This document shows positions 18,648 through 26,976 of a stretch of DNA of 64,000 nucleotides, in pieces. The notes under the pieces were generated by a model. It had not been told where the DNA came from. It ran no database searches and saw nothing but the letters and a program-made list of their open reading frames with translations. The stretch is from a virus (Duplodnaviria > Caudoviricetes): the IMG/VR virus record IMGVR_UViG_3300043468_001158. One strand, given 5' to 3'. How positions within the stretch are numbered: the stretch's first letter is position 1; each line of letters begins with the position of its first letter. The translations under genes and the position numbers were made by a program.

Positions 18648-19129
18648 TGTCCTCTATAGAGCAGCACTTATCAAATCTTGAACTAACACTCAGCGAACTG
18701 AATGAAGCTTCGCTAAAGAAGTCTTATCGCCGTTTGGCAATGAAGTATCATCCTGATAGAACAAAAGGGGATGATACTTGGTTCAAACGTATCAAAGCTT
18801 CTTACGAATGGTTAGATGCAAATCTTGAGGTTGTATTGAACCCACCACCTAAAACAGAACCTTCCTCTGGTCAGGTGTATTGGTCTTCCTTTAGTGATAA
18901 GCCAAATCCAATGAAGCAACAAAGGTCATCGGCTCAACAATCTTATGGCCCAAAAAAGCCATATGTCTATCCGCAGAATATTCCAAAGTGGAACGGGATG
19001 TCATCATTAGACAGTGATTGGGAAGTTGCCCGATTTGAAAAGAAGAGCGATGATTTCATAGGTTCTGAATTTTCCGGTGATTATGTTAAGAAGAAGAAAC
19101 CCACTCAAACAAAAGATAATGATAGATGA
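18647..19129 (+). CDS. J-domain protein (class C, J-domain plus disordered tail)
   Basis: LKKSYRRLAMKYHPDRT...FKRIKASYE. Confidence 0.9.
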   Translation: MSSIEQHLSNLELTLSELNEASLKKSYRRLAMKYHPDRTKGDDTWFKRIKASYEWLDANLEVVLNPPPKTEPSSGQVYWSSFSDKPNPMKQQRSSAQQSYGPKKPYVYPQNIPKWNGMSSLDSDWEVARFEKKSDDFIGSEFSGDYVKKKKPTQTKDNDR

Positions 19130-19944
19130 ATAGACAAGAAGCATTTCAACATTTAGGCATTCCACCAACTGCATCTGAAGCTGAAGTCAAGAAAGCTTAT
19201 CGTAAGATGGCAGCAAAGCATCATCCTGACAAAGGTGGTAAAGAAGAAGACTTCAAACGTATCAAAGAAGCTTATGAATTGATTAGTGACCCTGCGAAGT
19301 TTTCAACTCGAAGTGGAGGAGGCGGGGGAACTCATTCAACCCATGGAACTTATACCCAGTCTGATTTAGAAGAGATGCTTCGTAAGGCTCGTGAACGAAT
19401 GAGTGGAAGCAATTCAAAAGTCTATCATGATTTCTTCAATTACGAACAGCCTAAACAACAATCATCGGCCTCTCAAATCAATGCAAAGATTAGCATCACT
19501 CTTGAAGAAGCTTTTGAGGGAGTTACAAAGCGAGTCAATATTCCCGGACTTGACCATCAAATCATTGCAAATGCTACACCTGGAACGAAAGATGGTGATA
19601 TAATACATGTAGCTCTTGACAACATGGTTAGAGTACATCTAATGATTGTTGTCAAGCCTCATGAGGTCTTTGAACTTGATGGCATCAATCTAAAAGTGAC
19701 AATGAACGGTCCAATGATTGACTTCTATACTGGAGCATCTTTGACTGTTCCAACGATTGAAGGTGGAAAGCTCAATGTCAAACTTCCACCAAACTCATTG
19801 GGCGAAACGACTTTACGTATCAAGGGGAAAGGCTTTATTGATAAAGTGTCTAAACAAAGAGGGAATCTATACGTAATCATCAAACCTGATTTACCACCAC
19901 TAACTGAAGAACAAATCGACAAACTGAAGGAAATACTCATATGA
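19126..19944 (+). CDS. dnaJ: DnaJ/CbpA-like class B co-chaperone
   Basis: J-domain with HHPDKG, Gly-rich linker, C-terminal domain ITLEEAFEG...GNLYV; no Zn finger. Confidence 0.9.
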   Translation: MNRQEAFQHLGIPPTASEAEVKKAYRKMAAKHHPDKGGKEEDFKRIKEAYELISDPAKFSTRSGGGGGTHSTHGTYTQSDLEEMLRKARERMSGSNSKVYHDFFNYEQPKQQSSASQINAKISITLEEAFEGVTKRVNIPGLDHQIIANATPGTKDGDIIHVALDNMVRVHLMIVVKPHEVFELDGINLKVTMNGPMIDFYTGASLTVPTIEGGKLNVKLPPNSLGETTLRIKGKGFIDKVSKQRGNLYVIIKPDLPPLTEEQIDKLKEILI

Positions 19945-20402
19945 AACCAAATCCATTAGCACAAGATATCTTATCAGCTATTGAAGCTAACCTACCATCA
20001 CTTGCTGCATCACAACTCAAAGAAGTGCTCAACAAAGCATCTGAAGATGCTGAAAATAGAGCTTGGTTAGAAACTGAATTGAAGAAAGAGATTGCACAGG
20101 CCAAGTCTCTTCAACAAGAAGTTTATCAACTCAAAACTCAAGTTGAATATCTAGAAGCTAAAGCTGAACGAGTTGAAGAACTTGAAAAAGAACTACGTGA
20201 AAAGCTTCAAACGATTGAAATTGACAAAATGACAATCAAACTTGATGCAGCAAATCAACGCTGCATGGTCGTAGAGCAATTAGTTGGTAAAGTCTTTGGA
20301 CATCCATATGTTACGGTTGGTAAGACGTCTAATGGCCAGCATCCTGGTGGAGTCTATTTCAACAATACTGAAACTGTTTCTACTACTGAGACGAAAGTGT
20401 GA
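19941..20402 (+). CDS. Coiled-coil hypothetical protein
   Basis: Heptad-rich E/K/L/Q segment. Confidence 0.75.
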   Translation: MKPNPLAQDILSAIEANLPSLAASQLKEVLNKASEDAENRAWLETELKKEIAQAKSLQQEVYQLKTQVEYLEAKAERVEELEKELREKLQTIEIDKMTIKLDAANQRCMVVEQLVGKVFGHPYVTVGKTSNGQHPGGVYFNNTETVSTTETKV

Positions 20403-20486
20403 TATAATATCACTTTATCTAATCTGATGACATACACATACGAGGACTAATCATATGAATCAACACTAAAATAGGAAATACTCAAT

Positions 20487-20894
20487 ATGAGCACAAATCA
20501 TTACCAAGACATTCTGGATTTTCACAACAAATTTGGAGTGCCTCTTGCTCCAACTCATACTCTTCTTGAAGGTGAAGCTTTAGAGTTTCGTCTAAACTTC
20601 TTACAAGAAGAACTTGATGAATTACGTAAAGCACATGATGAAGGTAATCTTGATGATGCAGTTGACGCATTGATTGACCTTGAAGTTGTGCTGCTCGGAA
20701 CTGCTCAATTTATGGGTATTTCACCTGAAGCTTACGAAGAACATTGGGAAGAAGTTCATACTGCTAACATGGCAAAAGAACGTTGTACTGATGCTTCACA
20801 ATCAAAACGTGGAACGTCTTTAGATATTCGCAAGCCTGCTGGGTGGGTGAAACCTTCTCATACGCCAATCATTGAAAAATACAAAGCTGAATAA
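20487..20894 (+). CDS. MazG/PRA-PH-like NTP pyrophosphohydrolase
   Basis: LQEELDEL...DALIDL..V...EVHTANMAK...IRKPAGWVKP. Confidence 0.85.
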   Translation: MSTNHYQDILDFHNKFGVPLAPTHTLLEGEALEFRLNFLQEELDELRKAHDEGNLDDAVDALIDLEVVLLGTAQFMGISPEAYEEHWEEVHTANMAKERCTDASQSKRGTSLDIRKPAGWVKPSHTPIIEKYKAE

Positions 20895-20909
20895 TGAGGT
20901 TATAAACCT

Positions 20910-21200
20910 ATGAATGCCATTCCTTATGCCGGTGATGAGCCTGATGTCTTTGAAGAACCAGATGCTCTTCAACCTACTTCCGGTTTTGAACCTTCAATTC
21001 CTTGGCCTGATCCGACTCCAGAACAATTGAATGCATTATGGTTCAATCGTATTTGGGATGCTATCAAGACTTGGGATATCAATGTGCCGGGAGCTTATGA
21101 GGGCTATTGTGGTGCAACAGGTAATCATGTTGTGCATATTCTAAATGCAATTACAGCTGATCATCAAAAGTATTTCAATGAACACGAACAGTGGAAATAA
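20910..21200 (+). CDS. Hypothetical protein
   Basis: GAGG RBS; tiling ORF. Confidence 0.7.
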   Translation: MNAIPYAGDEPDVFEEPDALQPTSGFEPSIPWPDPTPEQLNALWFNRIWDAIKTWDINVPGAYEGYCGATGNHVVHILNAITADHQKYFNEHEQWK

Positions 21201-21967
21201 TGAAGACTAAACACTTCCGCTTTGAAAAGATGAATGCTCGAGTTAGTCGATGGATAGAAGTAACGTTGAATTCTGGAACTCCAGATAGTGACTACAATAC
21301 TTCGCCATACATAACCTTTCGAGCATTTGATTATGTGTTTGAGATAAGCAGATTGCCAAGCTGGCTTTTACAACCATATGAAGAATGGGTGAATGTCTCA
21401 TATCCTGGTTGCGAACCAGGAAGAGGCTATACTCAATGTGATGAACGTTCTTATGGGTTTTCAATCTTTGACGACCATTTCAATCTTCGTTATGGTCGTA
21501 TGTCGGATTCATCTGTTCTTGAACAACGTATAGGTTTTACCTTACCATGGCTTGATGAAGAGCTTGTTCGCATTACACTGCTCAATCCTGACTATACGAC
21601 AATTCAAACTAATCTAGTTGGCTGGTCATTTCCCCAACGTGAAGAGTTTGAAAAGCAAGTGCCTAAAATGATTTACACTTTCACTGATGCGGATGGTTCT
21701 GAAAATCGAGCAGTGTGTTATATGGAAGAACGTGAATGGCGAAAAGGTAGAAGTAAATTGTGGAAGTGGTTACGACTGTTCAATAAGCCAAATGTTCAAA
21801 GATATCTTGATGTTGAATTTGACCGAGAAGCTGGCAAGGAACAAGGCTCTTACAAAGGTGGAGTATGTTCGTTATGCACCCCAATAGAAAGTCTAACAAC
21901 TCCACTTGATACATTCAAGAAGTGGGCGGAAAAAGAAAGAATCACTAACATACAACGAGTTCAATAA
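21191..21967 (+). CDS. Hypothetical protein
   Basis: 258-aa tiling ORF. Confidence 0.75.
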   Translation: MEIMKTKHFRFEKMNARVSRWIEVTLNSGTPDSDYNTSPYITFRAFDYVFEISRLPSWLLQPYEEWVNVSYPGCEPGRGYTQCDERSYGFSIFDDHFNLRYGRMSDSSVLEQRIGFTLPWLDEELVRITLLNPDYTTIQTNLVGWSFPQREEFEKQVPKMIYTFTDADGSENRAVCYMEEREWRKGRSKLWKWLRLFNKPNVQRYLDVEFDREAGKEQGSYKGGVCSLCTPIESLTTPLDTFKKWAEKERITNIQRVQ

Positions 21968-22851
21968 TGACATACATACTAAAAGAATATGACGACGCAC
22001 TTGCTTCCATTTACAATACTGGTTGGGAAATGCCAGTTGAAAGAACAGGTAAAGGATGTCGTGTCAAGTTAGGTATTACTACACGTTATGACATTAGCAA
22101 ACAGTTTCCAGTATTGTCATATCGAAAGATGGCTTGGAAATCATTTGTCAAAGAAGTCCTGTGGTACATTTCAGGTAGCGATAACATTCACGACCTTGAA
22201 AAGATGGGTTGCAATGTTTGGACTCCTTGGATAAATGATGAATTTACTCAAAGAGCTGGATTGAAACAAGGTTCAATAGGTTTTGGTTATGGACCTAACC
22301 TGATTCATTATGGTGCAGAGTTTAGCAGTATTCATCCACTTCGTGGCGGATTCAATCAATTGGACTACGTCATCAATACCCTCAAAACTAGCCCAGGCTC
22401 AAGACAGGCAATGTTTGTGATGTGGCGACCTGACAGGTTCAATCAAGTCTTATTACCGGCTTGTCATTTTGCTTATCACTTTATGGTCTCTCCAAATGAA
22501 GCCGGCGAAATGAAAGTTTTGAACTGCGAAATCTTTCAACGCTCTGCAGATTATCCTATTGGTGTTCCTGCCAACATCTTTATGGGTGCAGTCTTTACCT
22601 ATTTGATTGCTCAACAATTGGATATGGTTCCAGGCGAGTTGATTCATTCTGCTTCTCATGCTCATATCTACCATAATGCTTTGAAAGAAACAGAAGAATA
22701 TCTTTTTGATAGAGTTGAAAACTTGATTGCATTTGAGTCACCAGTCATGGTCATAAATAAACGTGATAGCATCTATGATTATACTATAGATGACTTCACT
22801 TTAGAAGGATATGAATCCTATGACAAAATCAACTTCCCTATTGCAGTCTAA
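21967..22851 (+). CDS. thyA: Thymidylate synthase (ThyA type)
   Basis: LPACH catalytic Cys, QRSAD, GVPAN (dUMP-specifying Asn), HAHIY; uninterrupted. Confidence 0.95.
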   Translation: MTYILKEYDDALASIYNTGWEMPVERTGKGCRVKLGITTRYDISKQFPVLSYRKMAWKSFVKEVLWYISGSDNIHDLEKMGCNVWTPWINDEFTQRAGLKQGSIGFGYGPNLIHYGAEFSSIHPLRGGFNQLDYVINTLKTSPGSRQAMFVMWRPDRFNQVLLPACHFAYHFMVSPNEAGEMKVLNCEIFQRSADYPIGVPANIFMGAVFTYLIAQQLDMVPGELIHSASHAHIYHNALKETEEYLFDRVENLIAFESPVMVINKRDSIYDYTIDDFTLEGYESYDKINFPIAV

Positions 22852-22853
22852 TA

Positions 22854-23243
22854 ATGAATACTAGAATCAAAGCTCAAACTCCACTCACACATGCAATCAT
22901 TAATTCAATGGTTCGTAAGATTGACTATTGGCTTAATCAGTTGAATGATAACAATGATGAACCATTTACTTTCTTTGAATCTGAAAACTTTATCTGGGAT
23001 GTATCTGATACTGATGTTGTTCCAGGTTTGACAATCAATCATCCTGATGGTATTGTCAAGATTTGGTGGTCCCACGATACTGATGAACAATCTGCTCAGT
23101 TCTATACGAACATTGATAAATCAGCTGAACAAGATTTGACATATTACATTTCACTTGAACAATTGGTTCTTAAAGACATTAAAGTTCTAGAAGAAACACT
23201 AATCAAACAAATCCAATTGTCATTTGCTCAAGAAGCAGAATAA
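22854..23243 (+). CDS. Hypothetical acidic protein
   Basis: Tiling ORF ending just before a terminator hairpin. Confidence 0.7.
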   Translation: MNTRIKAQTPLTHAIINSMVRKIDYWLNQLNDNNDEPFTFFESENFIWDVSDTDVVPGLTINHPDGIVKIWWSHDTDEQSAQFYTNIDKSAEQDLTYYISLEQLVLKDIKVLEETLIKQIQLSFAQEAE

Positions 23244-23258
23244 CCTCCCCCTCCTTAT

Positions 23259-23293
23259 AAATCTAGCAAGATAGGAAATGTCTTGCTAGATTT
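23259..23293 (+). terminator. Terminator-like hairpin
   Basis: Perfect 13-bp stem aaatctagcaaga/tcttgctagattt, loop taggaaatg. Confidence 0.65.
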
Positions 23294-23317
23294 TACTCTA
23301 TAAGTTTTTGAAAAAGT

Positions 23318-23325
23318 CATAAATA
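23318..23325 (+). promoter_or_regulatory. Late-type promoter CATAAATA
   Basis: About 50 nt upstream of 23375. Confidence 0.55.
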
Positions 23326-23374
23326 GATTTTACATTATAAGTAATCTACACAAACATTTCAATATCAACTTTAT

Positions 23375-24838
23375 ATGAGTATATCGTTCAAATCATTCTT
23401 ACTAGAAACTCAATTCGATACATCCGAGCTTATTGAAAAGACTGCTCGTTCAGGAGAATATGATTCTAAGTGGCGAACCTATATCCTAAAAAAGCTTATC
23501 AATAAACATGAACCTCTTGAATTGAAAGATGGGACAAAGATTGTTATTGATACTGAAAATGCATTAGTCAAACATTTATTAGCTCTTATTCCAGATAAAA
23601 ATGAAAAGCTTATTGGAGATAAAGCCAATGAGCTAAAAGACTTTCTCAAGAAAGAAAAACCATTCGTTGATAAAAGTGGAACTGCATATAAGTTATCAGA
23701 TATCAAAAAGTCTGAAGCATTTGGTGGTGGCACTAAAGGTTCAGGTGGTGGAGCAGCTGATACTGAAAAGAATGAAAGCTTACAATGCGTTGCTCTTGCA
23801 TTACGTCAGAATAAAAACAAAAAAATTGACATTGATGATTTCAATGAAGATGATATCAAAGAATCTGATAAGTATTTCGATATTTCATTTACTTATAGTA
23901 ATCCTCAAGAATTAGCAGATGAATTAGTTTCAAATGAAACGTGGTCTAAAGTGTATGTCAATACTGCAAATAAACTATTTTCTTATTTGAAACTAGATGA
24001 AACTCTAAACTTTTATAGAGGTAATTCATGGGTTAAATCTTTATATGATTTAGCTAAGAAACTTGATAAGAATGACAATTCTACTTTTTCTAACTTTAAC
24101 AAATGGAATCCTGCAGATATATGGTTAGTAAAAGATTCTATCAAAGTTCCCCATGATATGACATCTTTATTAGAACTCAATCAATGGCTTATTGATAAGT
24201 TCAAAGACCGCACAGTAATCGGAGTATCACTGAAAAAAACCGAAGATGCTTCCGTCAAAGAAATCAATCTTGATAATGCAATTGAAGATATTGCTAAGAT
24301 TGATGGTATTAAGTTTATGATTGAATCTCGAAATGATATCTTTAGAGCTAAAGATGCTTATATAGTTTTTGATGAAGATAAACTTCAATTAAGAACTGAC
24401 CAAAAAGATAAACCTGTCAATATTCAAGGTGAAATAAAAGGAACTAAAGCGGCTCACGGAAAAATCGGATTTGGAAACATTCAAAAGATTCTAAAAAATC
24501 TAAATCTATCTCAATTAGAATCTGCTGCAGAACTAAAAAGTTTGATAGATAATTCAACTCTTGATAAAAAGAAACGTTATATCAAATTGATTCCAAAGAT
24601 GACACAATATGTCAAGAGTATTTCAAATCATTATTCAATCGATTATATTGAAGAACAATTTTTAGCAAGTAAAAATACTGAAAGCGATGGTTGGGTTATT
24701 TCAAAACTTCAAGCAGTTCAGCTAATAAGTATATTGAAAAAAGAATCAGAACAAACTCAAATCGATTTTGTTCTAAATGCTATTACTATTGCAGCAAGCA
24801 AAAGTGATTTATCTTCCGTTTATGCTAAAGTAAGTTAG
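23375..24838 (+). CDS. PD-(D/E)xK-like nuclease-fold protein with capsid-targeting-like N-terminus
   Basis: EKNESLQC...KWNPADIWL...IGVSLKK; N-terminus MSISFKSFLLE. Confidence 0.55.
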   Translation: MSISFKSFLLETQFDTSELIEKTARSGEYDSKWRTYILKKLINKHEPLELKDGTKIVIDTENALVKHLLALIPDKNEKLIGDKANELKDFLKKEKPFVDKSGTAYKLSDIKKSEAFGGGTKGSGGGAADTEKNESLQCVALALRQNKNKKIDIDDFNEDDIKESDKYFDISFTYSNPQELADELVSNETWSKVYVNTANKLFSYLKLDETLNFYRGNSWVKSLYDLAKKLDKNDNSTFSNFNKWNPADIWLVKDSIKVPHDMTSLLELNQWLIDKFKDRTVIGVSLKKTEDASVKEINLDNAIEDIAKIDGIKFMIESRNDIFRAKDAYIVFDEDKLQLRTDQKDKPVNIQGEIKGTKAAHGKIGFGNIQKILKNLNLSQLESAAELKSLIDNSTLDKKKRYIKLIPKMTQYVKSISNHYSIDYIEEQFLASKNTESDGWVISKLQAVQLISILKKESEQTQIDFVLNAITIAASKSDLSSVYAKVS

Positions 24839-24851
24839 GGAAAACAATAAT

Positions 24852-25283
24852 ATGCCAAACTCAGTCGTTAAGTCTTTTGCCAAACGTGCAAATAAATCAG
24901 AATCTGAAGTAGAAAAACTTTGGAAAGAAACCGAAGAAGAAGTCAAAGATAAGTTCAAGTTCAAAACTTCTGCATATTGGGCTTATGTAAATAAAACAGT
25001 TCAACATAAGTTAGGTTTAGCAAAAGAATCGCTTTCATTTAGAGACTATTGTTCTATTATTTTGAATGAAGATAAAAAAGAACCCTTTAAAATTGGACAA
25101 GTTGTAAAACTCTGTAAAGCAATAAAAGATATTCCCGATGCAACCATTGGAGAAACTTTTTCTATTATCGATATAGATGAAAAGTCAGGAGATATCAAAA
25201 TATCAAATGCCTTTGGACCAGAATATCAAGATACGTATTTCAAAAAAGATTATTTTACTACAATTGAGGCAAAAGATAAATAA
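24852..25283 (+). CDS. Conserved phage late protein
   Basis: MPNSVVKSFAK...EVEKLW...YWAYV...KLGL block typical of large myophages. Confidence 0.75.
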   Translation: MPNSVVKSFAKRANKSESEVEKLWKETEEEVKDKFKFKTSAYWAYVNKTVQHKLGLAKESLSFRDYCSIILNEDKKEPFKIGQVVKLCKAIKDIPDATIGETFSIIDIDEKSGDIKISNAFGPEYQDTYFKKDYFTTIEAKDK

Positions 25284-25489
25284 TGAAAAAGGAAACACCT
25301 AGCGATTTCGCTGCAAAATCGATTCGTAAAGATTTTTCTGCGAAAAAGAAAGGAAACGGGAATAAAGATTCCGTTGTTTTTGAAGATAAGCGTCCTGGTT
25401 CAGAACCATACAAAAAACCTAAGACGCATTTCAAACATTATCTTGAAGAACATTTAGATGATGAAGATGAATCTTTAGATTACTTATAA
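25283..25489 (+). CDS. Small charged hypothetical protein
   Basis: TAATG overlap with the previous gene. Confidence 0.65.
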   Translation: MKKETPSDFAAKSIRKDFSAKKKGNGNKDSVVFEDKRPGSEPYKKPKTHFKHYLEEHLDDEDESLDYL

Positions 25490-25513
25490 ATCAATAAAGG
25501 GAGAAAGTTTGAT

Positions 25514-26044
25514 ATGTTAGTCGTTCCAATAAAGGGAGATATCATAACGACAGAAGATGGTGATGAATTTACCGTTGCAGGATTTACAAACTTTAGAGAT
25601 AAAGGTCCGGCAGTTTATGTAAAGAGTAATCCTGATTCAGAATCTAAATCTACTTTACCTATTTACTTTTTTGATATCAAAAATCTAAACGGTATCAAAG
25701 TAGAGTTCAACAATTCTTCTAAAGTATTGAATGCTCTTGGGATGTTGAAGAGAAAGCTTCATTTACCCCAAAAAGATGATTACATCATTATTGAAATTGA
25801 CGATGATGACAAAGAAGAAGATACGGATACATCAACTAAAAAGGTAAAGGTAAAAGAACTTAAACTTCACAATAAAAACATTGGCTTATCGCGAGGATTA
25901 GTTATACTTGGAGATGATGCGGTCATCTATTCCCTTGAAAGTATAAATAGGATAAAGCGTTCTCATGGTGATAGCTTTTTTGACAAAAGTCAATTCCTAA
26001 AACTTTATAAAGACTATCTTGGATACAATGGCAAACATAAATAA
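25514..26044 (+). CDS. Hypothetical protein
   Basis: GGGAG RBS. Confidence 0.75.
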   Translation: MLVVPIKGDIITTEDGDEFTVAGFTNFRDKGPAVYVKSNPDSESKSTLPIYFFDIKNLNGIKVEFNNSSKVLNALGMLKRKLHLPQKDDYIIIEIDDDDKEEDTDTSTKKVKVKELKLHNKNIGLSRGLVILGDDAVIYSLESINRIKRSHGDSFFDKSQFLKLYKDYLGYNGKHK

Positions 26045-26261
26045 TAACGATTTTTTTGCTCAGCTAATTGAAAGTTCTTCTAAGACAAGATATCAAGAGT
26101 TTATCGCTGAAATGGGAATTGAGAAAGTAAAAGTTCTAATACCAGTCAGCAAAGCAAAAGACTTCGAAAAAGAAGCTATTACTGAAGCTCCGTCTTTCAT
26201 TAAAGAACTGAAAGCAATTGTTCAAAAGTATGATGGTATTCTAAGCGAAGAGGCAATCTAA
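26019..26261 (+). CDS. Small hypothetical protein (true start may be 26028)
   Basis: Tiling ORF; contains RYQEFIAE. Confidence 0.65.
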   Translation: MDTMANINNNDFFAQLIESSSKTRYQEFIAEMGIEKVKVLIPVSKAKDFEKEAITEAPSFIKELKAIVQKYDGILSEEAI

Positions 26262-26264
26262 ACT

Positions 26265-26924
26265 ATGACTCAATTATACACTAATAATGCCTTATCATTA
26301 TTAGAAAATTCGCTTACGTCGTCAGGGCTAGAAATACATGTTATTCCTGGGGACGGGGTATTATACCCCCAACCGACCAATCCTGGTGACTTCTTTCTTG
26401 TTACTTTAGAAGACCCTCATAATGCAGGTCAAACTGAGATTGTCAAAATCATTCAGCGAATTGGTGACGCTCTTTACATTGACCCGATTTTTGGCAGAGG
26501 TTTTGATGATACGACTGCTAGAGCTTGGGCTCCTGATGTTCTAGTCGATCATCGCATTACTGCTTATACTCTTCGCAAGATTGAACAAGTCAAAGGAGCA
26601 GTTACTAATCCTGACGACCCTAACATTGTTCAATCAAATCAATCGCTAATAAGTGATACGTATGAAGTCGTATTTCCAAACAATCTTTCATGTAAATGGA
26701 TTGTCACTGTTCTTCATGAACCTACGGGTCGTATTTCAATTGCTGAAGTTCTTGCTGCATACCGACCTGCTCCACTTACTCCATCATATACTGTCTATGC
26801 AAAGACTGGAGATAATCTCAAATATACGATGAGTGTAGTTTCAAGTGGTTCTGAAATGAGATTGGTTGTAAATAATACAGATACTGTCGATTTTCGCATA
26901 AATTGCATAAGATTGAACTATTGA
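26265..26924 (+). CDS. Tail-fibre-associated structural protein
   Basis: YTNNA.SLL...PGDG..YP...FFLVTLE...EIVKI..R.GD...RG.DDT.A..W...DHRITA module common in phage tail proteins; C-terminal KWIV domain shared with 26977. Confidence 0.6.
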   Translation: MTQLYTNNALSLLENSLTSSGLEIHVIPGDGVLYPQPTNPGDFFLVTLEDPHNAGQTEIVKIIQRIGDALYIDPIFGRGFDDTTARAWAPDVLVDHRITAYTLRKIEQVKGAVTNPDDPNIVQSNQSLISDTYEVVFPNNLSCKWIVTVLHEPTGRISIAEVLAAYRPAPLTPSYTVYAKTGDNLKYTMSVVSSGSEMRLVVNNTDTVDFRINCIRLNY

Positions 26925-26925
26925 G

Positions 26926-26933
26926 AATAAATA
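26926..26933 (+). promoter_or_regulatory. Late-type promoter AATAAATA
   Basis: Lies between the stop and the GGAG RBS of 26977. Confidence 0.5.
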
Positions 26934-26976
26934 CAGAATAATTATCTAACTAAATCTATTACAAGGAGTAATAACA

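Noticed and set aside
21967-22851. Thymidylate synthase as a dCMP/dUMP hydroxymethylase for modified DNA, or as an intron host
   Set aside because: It keeps the dUMP-specifying Asn (GVPAN) and ThyA motifs and has a continuous ORF; no modification enzymes are adjacent.
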